From Lingula anatina (Eukaryota > Animalia > Brachiopoda), in NCBI GenBank assembly GCA_051362555.1, contig CM120642.1, positions 14,570,001 through 14,634,000 of the forward strand: 64,000 nucleotides of DNA, read 5' to 3'. The first letter of the stretch is position 1. Every line of letters starts with the position of its first letter. The notes below the pieces were generated by a model. The model was not told the DNA's origin and ran no database searches. It saw nothing but the letters and a program-made list of their open reading frames with translations. Shown here one piece after another: positions 1 through 11,400 of this stretch. The translations under genes and the position numbers were made by a program.

Positions 1-162
1 GTACGTAATGATTTAAATGTAACAAAGTAAAACAGCTTTTATTTGTACCAAAAGTTCTTGCCATACTCAGAAAAAAAAAAGGATAAAGGCAGAATAAGCA
101 GAATTATAATAAATTGCATAAAGCTATTATGGTTGATCTTCTTTCATGGTAGACAATCCTTA

Positions 163-2587
163 TTACTTAGCTGAGGTGCAGGTGACACCAACGCTGCTGA
201 AGGCATTAATAACATCTTGAGTGGGTAGTTTCAGATCAGCAGCTGCCTTGCGAACCCCACAGGCGCCGGTGTTAAAGGTAGCTTTGGCTCCCCAATAAAC
301 AACGTTGGCAGTGCCAAAGACCCTGAAAGCCTTTTCCACGTTCCAACCATTGCTATTGGCTAGGTTGTAGAAAGCTTTGTTGTAAACCCCACTACTGAGA
401 TGAACATCCATATCGGATCTGAAATCTCGGGCGTGGCCAATGGAATGCCCATCCTTTGTAGGATCGTCGAAGTACCGAAGTCCTTTACCTGCTTCTTTCA
501 TGGAAGCTCCTCCAACGATCCAGTCGACCTTTCCGAACAGGTAATATTCTAAGGCTTCCCCGGCCATGTCCGAAAATGCTTCGTTCATACCCCCTGACAT
601 TCCTGTATACTCAAGGTTAGAGTGGTCCTCGGTAAAACCATGGGCGAGCTCGTGAGCAACTACATTCACATCAACTAGAGGGTAGAAGGTGGTGGCACCA
701 TTGCCGAAGAAACAGCGATCTTTGTAGTAGAAGGCATTTTCATGGTTCGTACCAAAATGAACAGCAATTTTCAAGGGACCTGGAGGTTCCACTTTCACGG
801 CTGGTTTCTTCAACAATTTCTGAAACATCTCAAATGTCTTTTCGCTATAGAAAAACGCGTCATTCGCAGGGCTGTAACCACCGTTTGCAAAATCGTTGAC
901 ATTGTTGAAATTATTGACACAGTCAACTGAGTAGACCTCTTTCAGGAGTTCACCCAGTCCGGGATCTTGCTCAGCAGACTTTCCCTGGACGTGATATATC
1001 TGGGTGTTTTTTGACTTTAGCGCGCATTTGCCGTTAGCCAGTTTGTCGACGGTCAGTTTTGGGAATTGGTTAGCACTGCAAGACTCAGCTTGTCGCCGTC
1101 GTCTGATTAACAACTTGTCGTCTGTGCCAACTGAATAACTCTCTTCAGTCCAATACCAGTCGTCGTCGTCGTGGTATGACGGTTCGGTCGTATGCTCGGG
1201 AGAAGCTGTAGTTGGTCCAGCGTTGGGCTGTGGGGTGCTGCTGCCGCCTCCAGTGGAACAATTCCCCGCAGGGTTACCAAAGACATACTTTCCGAACTTG
1301 AGATTGCCCCCAACTCCGCCAATTTGAATAGATTCGGTCATCAGGGATTCAAAACTTCTCAAAACTTCGCCGGTATCAGCGTCAACGATTACAACCGGGC
1401 TGGAGTAGCCGCTACCCTTTTTCGCCAGAAATTTTACGCGATAAATTAGATGGGCATATCCGCCTTCATCAGAGACTAGGAGGTCGACAACGGCTTCAGA
1501 TTTGAACGCAGATTCTGCATCACTGGTTGCGGCTATGGCGACATCGATAGCTTCCTCTATAGTTATCATCGGGTCAGTGTCGTCCAAGTCCGTTAGGATA
1601 TCCTCGAATAGCTCCCCGTCAGAAACATCGTAAAATTCCCCGTTCGAATTCTTCTCCATGACGACTACCGAGCCGTAAACCGGGATATCATTATACGTCT
1701 GTTCGAAGCGAACCTTCCGAACACCATCGACGCGTCTGAATCCTGTCACTGGACGAAAATTGTCGCCTTGTTTTAGCCCTTGGATCAGCTCAGTGGGGTC
1801 GGTGCTGGTTGTACTGATAGTGTACGCTGTTGCATCTATCTCCCTGATTGCATCAGCTGGTGACAAGCAAAAAACTGAAAGAGAAGATCAAGACATTGAC
1901 ACTGTTTTGTAATAGAATTACTACAGGAAAACATTTTGATAAAGCTATGCAATAATGAATAAAGATGCATGTTAACAAACATATTTACAATTAAGTTGAA
2001 ACCTTTCCATGGAAAGACAAAGGTGTACACCATATTTGGTTGATACACATATAAAGCTGAAAAATTCATTTTCTTAATGGACTATTTCTTTGTTTTTTTT
2101 AAATTATTAAAATATATGACACGTGGATGCAACTTCGACTAAAAAGACGCTTTGCATTAATCAGACATTTCAAAATCAAAAAACTTCACTTCATCATTAT
2201 GTCCTTTCCTGCAGTGAATCGGGAGGTAAAGACTTTGTACAGTACTTGTATTCATAAGTTGTAAATAAATCCGGTTTGGGTTTAATTTTATTGAAATGTA
2301 TATCAATACATGCATTAAAATAATTATATTGAAAGCGGCTTTGAAAAACCTACGACTCACCTATGGCTTGAATGAATAAAATCTGTGAAGTTGATTATCG
2401 TTCAAATAATAGCAATCAATAAGTTCTAATGGTGTGTTTCCTGTCATCTTTCCTTTAGATATTGTCAAACATTCTCATGCACAATGCAGAAATATTAAGG
2501 TTTTTTTTACAGAGAAACGGAAATAAAAGAATGACACTTACCAATCGCAGCAAGCAGTTGCCACAGCGTGACTTCGCCAAAGTGCAT
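163..2587 (-). CDS. Secreted M4 (thermolysin/LasB/vibriolysin-like) zinc metalloprotease preproprotein, 2 coding exons (2587-2542, 1874-163), ~585 aa
   Basis: Exon 1 (ATG at 2587) encodes MHFGEVTLWQLLAAI. A GTAAG donor at 2541 and a tttcag acceptor at 1875 join it in frame to VFCLSPADA, completing a signal peptide. FTP-like (VRFEQTYNDIPVYG) and PepSY-like (VDADTGEVL) propeptide segments follow. The catalytic domain has HELAH (654-640), GMNEAFSD and DVHLSSGVYNKAFY, and ends AFSSVGVTCTSAK like Pseudomonas LasB. Confidence 0.93.
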
Positions 2588-2699
2588 TGTACTTCTCGTG
2601 GTTGTTTCTTGAAAATTGGGAAAAAAACTGATCATTTGTCTTTAAACTTTACAATTTGAGACGAAAAGATATACCTATTTTGTTTCCTTGCAAACACCT

Positions 2700-2716
2700 G
2701 TAGTTTTAAATATAGG
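2700..2716 (-). promoter_or_regulatory. Possible TATA box of the M4 protease gene
   Basis: The minus strand reads ccctatatttaaaa ~120 nt upstream of the ATG, with a possible short 5'UTR exon/intron between. Motif match only. Confidence 0.25.
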
Positions 2717-4240
2717 GCACAGAAACTAAACTGACGGCACTGTTGTCTATGTGACAAGACAACGTTATTTTGTATCCTCTTTTTCTGTAAATGCACACGC
2801 AACCTATTGAAAGCGAACTGATTTTATACTATTTTACATCCAGAGTGATTCATCATCAACCAACAAACGATCACTTGTCGTTAAAATACAATGACAAATA
2901 ATGACATCAAATGGCAAGTAAACACCCTGCATAAGCTGCAAACAAACGATTAACTTTTTCTGTAAAATACGACTGTGAACGATTGAAATAATTTTCTTTT
3001 AATTTTGAGTCAGATACGAGCACATAATTGCGTCGAGTTACACATTCATACATAATCATGTCGAATTACACACTCTTGATCAGACACCACGACAAATAAT
3101 TATTAAATAATCTAGCATGGGCTTTAAACGAACGATAAACTTTCGCTGTACATGTATCAGCCAGCATAAGCTGTGAACGAGTGTGCACACCCGAGCAATA
3201 AATAGCAACCCAGAAAAAGATCTGCGCCTAATGTAATTCTTTCTAATGTAATTCTTCATATCCGACAGTCTTATACAAATCATGATTGTTAATTTATCAT
3301 GTTTCTTACAATGACTATAGTATTTTGGCTGTTATAGGGCTTGGCAACAGTAGGGTGTTACAACGTGTTTTTTTTTTCAAATATGCAGATACAGATATGT
3401 GTGCGCGCGTGAGAGATAAAGACTTCTAGCACTCCTCTGAGATTTGGAGAGAAGGTGTAGTCAAATGGAACTACGAGACCCTGTGAGAGCAAATTTTGTA
3501 ATTTCCCATATTGCCAAGGCTTCGAAACGCTCAGCATATGAACTGATTTGACCGTGTTTACTCCCGCTTTTTGTCCTTAAAAGATCCACGTGAACTATCA
3601 ACTACAGTGCATGTATCTTTAATCTGTGTCTCCATTTAAGACAGCAATTTATCAATTAAAAAGAAAAATTATTTTTTTTGCATTTTGTCACCAACCCCAC
3701 ATCTGCACTGCATGCTTTTTAAAAATTACCCATGCACAGTACCATATTTTACAAATGAACAGAACCTCCAGGAAAACCAAATGGCCGGTGGTGAGGATTA
3801 GCTTTGCCATCATCTGTGGAATGCAATAATAAGAAATTTGGAAAAGTCAATGTCTGAGAGACGCTTGAGTAAGTTGCTCAGTTCAAATATATTCTTTGTG
3901 AATGTCATTATCTTATCACTGCTCGATAACAAAGATATCACTAAAGAACAGTGTAAAAGATGCATGTAAGTCAATGCATAGATGATACATGAAATGTTTA
4001 TTAACAATTTTGGCCTTTTAATGCAAATTACACACCATAGATAAAGTCTAGGTATACAAATATTTACCTAGTAAATTTTACCTACATGTATGTAAAAAAT
4101 CAAAGTCTGCATCTTAAGTAAGTTTGAATTGATGAATGTGACATTATGCTTTGGCATTGGTGCCATATAACAAAACCTTGCAGCTCCAGAAAAAACGATC
4201 ATTGTCCATTTTCTTCAGTGACAAATATAAAAAAAAGGAG

Positions 4241-4264
4241 AATCAATCAATCAATCAATCAATC
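4241..4264. repeat. (AATC)n microsatellite
   Basis: aatcaatcaatcaatcaatcaatc seen directly. Confidence 0.9.
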
Positions 4265-5472
4265 TTTTATGCCTGGAGAAATACCAGTGTGATACATAAA
4301 ACACATCAATGAGGTGGATTTCAGAATAAAGTAATACATGTATAATTGTATCCTATGAATACACACATCAAAAATACACATTTCAGTAAAATCTACCTTT
4401 GTTAAACAAAGAAACCTAAATAAAAAAACGGAAACATAAAAAGCACCTTGTTAATTCTGTATAACCCAGTGAATTATACATGACACACCATGACAGATTC
4501 TAACAAAATAAAGGAAATGCAAGCCTTGACCCTTAGTTATTAAATTCCATCTTTCAAAAACCATCTAATGGGAAACTACAATAATATGCTCACAGAATGT
4601 TTAGGACATTTTTTTTTTCAAATTACAAAAGCATTCGCAAGAAACAAAAGTTTTTACAAACATCTAACTGTTATAATATTTTATTCCCGAGATGACTGAT
4701 AATGGCAGTTCTTTGCATACTAATACCCAAGCATGACAGAAAGTTCTTTTTGAAATAAGGAACATACAGAAAGAAAGACTACAACTGAGTTATCGGTTTC
4801 TTTCAAATGCATGGTATTTTTTTATTATGGGTTTATCCAAGACAACTGGGTTAGCTCAAATAATCTGTCTAAATACCTACTGGTATTAACCTTCAATTCT
4901 GTAGTTAGTGGTGCTAGAGTCTAAAAGATATGCATGAAGTTATGGCACAAATAACTTTGAGTGCTGACTCAACTTTTTGTTGGAAGATGTCAGACTCTCA
5001 TGCTTTAACCTTCACAATGTGCACAATATGAAAAGACAAGGGACTGTTGAGAAAAGCTGCCCATTTTGTGACGCAATATTGGCTACCATATCAGCTCTAC
5101 CAAACTTTGACTTCCATCAATCATTTGATCAATAACATAATTTCAAGCATGCCTAGTTTCACCTTGTTTTTATGGTTTCCCTTCCGACTTCAACAAGGTG
5201 TTTAAATACAGAAAACTTGAAAAGGAGTGTTTAGGGCAGAAAAAATACATCAGTGTCTATACACACTGAAAACAAAATCTAGGAAGCACTGTTTGGTATC
5301 ATGCTTAGATATTATTTGTGTTGGATTTGCATTACTCATTTTTTAAAATAAAAAAACAGCTTCTCAAGAAAAAAATGGTTTACTTCAAGTTAGAGTCTTG
5401 TTATTCTCTGAGAGGATAAACACAATGCGCGATAACTTGGTAGAATTGTATTCTACTTCAGTCTTTTCTGTG

Positions 5473-8400
5473 TCATGCCAGGTCAGACAGAGCTGCAACA
5501 CCAGGAAGAGTTTTACCTGGAAATATAGATGATTGGCCTTTTAGAAATTAAATGAAACATTTTGAAACTTTGTCTATTGCATGGACTGAACTGACATTTC
5601 AGCCATTTTTAAACTGACTAAAATAGTAAAAACTTCACAAAACCAGTACAAGCTGCTTTCCTTAGGCATTTCAATATCAAGATCATGTTAAGTTAAATAA
5701 CTGATGAAAACAGACCAATGAAATGGCTAATGAAACAAGAAATTGACTGCTTTTTATCGAGTAAATTTTGGTCTACCATTTCATGCTGAAAATTATGAGT
5801 TGAGATCAATGCACTTCAGACATAAAAATGCCACATATACATGTGGTATCTCACCTTCCAAGAGCTCCAAGCTTGCTCCTCCTCCTGTACTCACATGACT
5901 TACTTTCTTCTCAGTGCCCCATTTTGCACAGCAAGTGGCTGTGTCACCTCCACCTGTAAGTTTGCATTTGTTTTAGAGATCACACATGTCAGAGCCTATG
6001 TAGACAGCAAGTATACAGGCACATAATGGGAATGAGTTTTTACTAATTATGGTGATGTTTAACCCAACCTGCCTTTTCAGGAAACGAAGCTTGCTATGAA
6101 ATATGATTTGGCACATATGGGGCACATGTCACAGAATACATGAAAATACTAATTTTCAACCTTTTTGCCAAACAAAACATCCTGTTTGATACAAATTGAA
6201 ACAAACTGGCAGTTATGGACAAATGTGGTGGACTGTGATGACATGGATAGGCACAGGTTATCTAAATGCAAAAATGTCAAGTTCAGTTGACCTTGATCCA
6301 AAAAATATAAGAATATTACAATATTTTTAAAGATCAAATCGAGACTTTACCAATGATAGTGGAAGCTCCTTTCTCTGTTGCATTCACCACTGCGTCCATC
6401 ACAGCCTTTGTTCCTTTGGCAAAGTTCTCAAACTCAAAGACACCCACAGGCCTGAAAAAGTTGTACACGTACAGTACATAAAACAAAGAGAGTAAGACCC
6501 ATTTTACACACTACTGTATTGTTGCTACAAGTATTAAAGTGTTTTTGTTACAAAACTATACCATTGAAATATACTGTGCAAAATTCATTTTAGAAACACA
6601 AAATTCTTTTCAGAACCAACCTTTTATGAAGTCAAAAATTCTGCTAGCTAACAATTAAATTTTCAAAACTCCTGAGCATGGTTTATCACATTAAATACAT
6701 CAACAAATATATGTATCATCACAGTTTTAAATAACCTTTGAAAGAAATTATGCTCACCCATACCTTTTCAACTCACTATTCACAATCAAACCCTTTGTTT
6801 TCTTGTATAGGTAACAACAAATTAGTAAATAATATCCGTTATATGATAACCTCACTTTAGACAATCCTGTGAGGTGTTTCAAAAATGAATCACAAACTGT
6901 TAATAATAGATAGACCTTACCCGTTCCACACAATGGTTTTTGCTCTTGAAACTGCAGCACTAAATTCTTCAGAAGACTTTGGACCACAGTCAAGGCCCTG
7001 GTTAAAAATGAGGAAAAATCATCACCATGTGGTGAACAACTTTATATATAAAAAAGACTTCAATACATGTTTATAATTCCAAGTGAACACAAAACTTACC
7101 ATAAGCTTTGCAATCCTCTGTGATGTTGCATACATTGTGTTAAAAGACAGAGATTTCATGTGTTTGAGGTGGATACATTATGTTAGATGAAACAGAGGCT
7201 TCATCAGTGTGTTTAAGGTGCCACTTACCAGATTCATCCATCTACTATTTCATTAAACAGTGTCTCTTTGTGCTATCATTGCCAGGAATGAGACACAGAC
7301 AGTGCACACCTTGTGACACCTACATTTACCTACAGTCCATCTGGTACTCTAGTAAAAGAACTTCTTAAAAGAACAGCTGTGCAATTGTGTTAGTTGTGAC
7401 TATGATAAGTTACTCATTGTGTTAGTTGTGACACCTACCATCCAGCCATCAGGTATCCCCTCTGACAGTGTGGCTGATCCAACCTGAGCATCTTCAGCAA
7501 ATTTATCGGCAGTAACAAAATCTGATGGCAGGTGCATTTTCACACCATTCTTCTCTGCCTTAGCCATCAGGTTGCTCACAATACCAGCTCCCTCTTCATC
7601 ATATAGAGAATTTCCGATCTACAATAAAAGATATTTGCAAATACAAGTTTTGGTAAATATCTTGGTTTTGACAAATAGTTTTGAGAAAAACTAATTGCTA
7701 TAATCTTCTACCATAAGTTTTATATTAAATTTAAATTTTACCTATGTATTTACAGCAATCCTGCCGTTTACAGAAGTGCTCAATACATGATAATCTCATT
7801 CATATTGCCACCCATCTCAGATATTAAGTATAAAGTCATACTTTCTACCCCTAAACTTAGGGATTGTGGTAAAGGACATGCTATGGCCAATTGTGACTTC
7901 AATTGCTTAATCCTCCAACCCCTCATCATAGTGTAGTCCCAGGCTATAGCCTCTCACCTTCATTTCCCTTAGCATCTTGAGAAAAGTATAGAACACAAAA
8001 CCACCCAATACCGCCTGCTGCTATACCCCCCCCCCCCCACACACACACAAACACACTCACACACCACCACCACCACCAACTTATTTCCTTTGTATAATTT
8101 AAGTTACTCACCTTCATTCCACTGAGAACCTTGAGAAAAGTATAGGCCATGCCACCACCTATGATCATCTCATTCACTTTGTCCAACAAATTGTCAATCA
8201 GCTGGATCTTATCTTTCACTTTGGCACTGCAAAAGTAAACAGAAACTGTAAAGCTAAAAGCAAACAGACATACACTGTTACAGTGTGAATCTTTGATATC
8301 AATTTAAAATCAATTTTTCAGGATGGTAGCAAAAAATTAATGTTAAATGCATAACCTTCAGACCCTCCAAATGTGTCTAAAAAAGGATTTCTTGACACGC

Positions 8401-11400
8401 CATTGTTACTGCCAGAGCAGTGTTTTATAGATAAATCTTATTTCTTTACTTCGGACGCGCTACTCACTTGTTTGTCGCATCGGTGTTGAATAACAATTGT
8501 TTTTAGCGCGCTTATGATAATGATGGGATAGAATGTGATTCCATGTGGAATGAGATCGGCTGATATTAAATGCTGAGACAGCCGTAATTACAAGTGTTTT
8601 TGTAACAGGAATCTGGCCCATAAGGTTAGCAATTAATTTTAAGTTATGAAAGTTCATTTAAAGATAATTGCGAGAAGATAAAATTAGTTTTCCATTGTAA
8701 ACTGCAACTTTGAGTAGCGTTAGAAATGCCGGTCTGATGTACAATGCACAGTACATGTAACACAATCACTGTGCCTTTCAGTATTGGAGTAAAGAAAGTT
8801 CAGTAAAGTGTAGTGTATTGTTTAGAAACGAGAATGTAGCTGTACTAGTTGCGAGTTAAAGATTGTTTGTTTTATGTTCGTTATCAATGTTATTTTTAAA
8901 AGCGTATTTTTTCATTGTGTTAGTTGCGCCAGATGAGATTTACCACACAATCATTTAGAACCCAGTCGCTTGCATTACACTAGAATAGCCCAAAGTCGGT
9001 AAGAGTTACTTATATTTTGGAGATAAAGATAGGATAACATGCAACTGTTAAGTAAAGATGTTATTTAAGCGACTTAATAGCATATATAAAAGAACTAGGG
9101 CAAGAATATGAGATGATTTTCATATTTTATTTCAATTATTTTTTTTCAGTTGACGGTTTAAGGTTTAATAAATCAGTAAAAACGACGCAAAGCTGTTGTT
9201 GTTGTGTGTGAGTATTGCAAGTGGCTACAGTCAACGACTAGGATTTGAGATGGCCTATACCAATAGTCCACAACTAAAGCCCTGAGACGGTCCGTACCGA
9301 ACAACCGAACCAAGAAGACAGAATTTATGACCTATTTCCAACCTGTGGTAACTCTAGATATCTGAGATGCCTGGAGCCAGTCAACAGCCATTATTTAGAT
9401 GACCCGGCCCAGTCAAGTACTAGCAGTTACTGGTGGGACTGTAATTAAGGAAATTGAGCTAAGATCCAATCCGCAGCTTGCAATGAAGCTGAAATTGAGA
9501 CTTTCTCGAGTATATGTTGACACTTGATTTCATATCCACAGATAACTATAAATACTAGTAGATCTCAGTGTAGCTGAATATATTATTGGCTATCTAAATA
9601 TACATATGATTATTAATTTATTTGTTTGTTAAGATTAAGATACTCGGCAATTTTACATGTTTGCTGTTGATGTTCAAATGTTTTAGCTAGCTTATTACTT
9701 ATAGAGAAACTGTCTACATTTTGAAATTTACTTGTCTTGCTTAGTGTAGATAAGTTTATTTGAGTTCAAATAAGTTACGCTGCCCATACCACCTGCCCCC
9801 TCCCTCCTTTCTAAGAATACGTGCTCACTGCTTGACATTAAAAATGGAAGCAGCTACCATTACCAAGACTCCCAGCACTAGGACAGTTCCTTCTCAGACA
9901 CCAACTGACCAAGAAGTAACATTCAGAAACATATCGCCTAAAGATGATTTGAGAAGAAGACTAATTGAGGAATTAGATCCAGATGACTCCGTCAGTCAAG
10001 CCGGCTCAAACGTATCTTTTAAGGAGCGACAGTTAGAAGAAAAAGCTAGACAGGTTGCTTTGAAGGAAAGGCTGAAGTACCTTACAGCACAGCAAGAAAT
10101 AGAAGAGCAACAGATACGTTTAGAGCAGAGAAGAAAGCGGCTCTTGTTAGAATCAGAACTGAATGAAAGCAAGAAAAGGGAAGAAATCTTTAGGAAAGCA
10201 TTGGGAGGTGAAGATACTACTAAGAAGGAGTCAGACAGCAGCTATAGCCATGATGTTGTGAGGGCCTTAGAGAAGTTGAGCCTGAGTAGATTACCGATTC
10301 CAGAGCCACCTGTATTTGAGGGAAATTATCTAACATATGTAACATGGCGACTAGCATTCAAGACTCTAATAGAAAGCAGAAATATCCCACCCAGTGAGAG
10401 GCTGTACTACCTAAAGAGGTACCTCAGAGGAGAAGCTAAAGAGACAGTGGATCATTTGTTTTACTTAGATTCAGAAGAGGCTTACATTGAAGCCCTTGAG
10501 ATACTTGAAGATAGATATGGTGATAAATTTTTGATAGCAGAGGCTTTCAGAGACAAATTAGAAAAGTGGCCCAAGATTAACAGTAGAGACAGTAAGGGAC
10601 TTAGAAAACTATCAGATTTTCTCAGGCAGTGTTTAGCAGCAACAGATCATGTAGGAGAGTTGAAGATCCTGGACGACTGTCGGGAAAATAGGAAGTTACT
10701 TCAGAAACTACCTGAATGGATCACACGAAGATGGGCCCGAATTGTCGAAGAATCACAAGGTTTCCCAGGCTTCAAGAGGTTTGTAGAGTTTGTAAAAAAG
10801 GAATCCGACATTGTAAATAACCCTGTTATGAGACCAGCTGAAACTGCATTTAGCAAGAAAACCCCCACTTCCACCAGTCTTATGACGAAGACGAGCGATC
10901 AAGCTATACCAACGCCTCCTGTCACGAAAAATGCCTGTACATTCTGTGAGAAAATAGGACACGACATCAGAGAATGCCGAAACTTCGAAAGAAAAACGCC
11001 ACAAGAAAGAATGGAGTTTATAAAGAAAAGAGGTCTTTGCCTAAGCTGCCTTAGAAATGGTCACTTAGCCAAGGAGTGTAAAAGGAAGGAACAATGCAGT
11101 AGATGTGGTCGTAAACACCCTGCCATACTACATGGGGACTACGAAGCCCTACACCCAGAAGATCAACATGTAAGAACATTGTCAAGTACTTGCCAAGAGG
11201 GAGCTATCAGTTCAATGACAATTCCAGTCTATGTATCTGTAGGAAATTCCGGGAATGAAATCCTGACATATGCTCTTCTAGATAGTCAAAGTGATGTTAC
11301 GTTCATTAGCGACGAGTTAGCAGCCAAGCTGAATGCAGAAAGCGTACCTACAAGTATCAGGATTTCAACAGTCAACTCCAGCTATGTAGTCAAAACTTCA

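Noticed and set aside
163-1874. M4 protease as simple bacterial contamination
   Set aside because: It lacks an in-exon ATG or signal peptide and needs a GT-AG spliced upstream exon, and its flanks are AT-rich host-like DNA. Long-read confirmation is still advisable.
7384-7432. Duplicated attgtgttagttgtgac that also matches ~15 nt of the LTR near 8912
   Set aside because: It is too short and AT-rich, and fits a local micro-duplication plus a chance match.
8460-8657. Identical 65-aa ORFs at 8460-8657 and 15422-15619
   Set aside because: These result from LTR duplication and show no coding signature.
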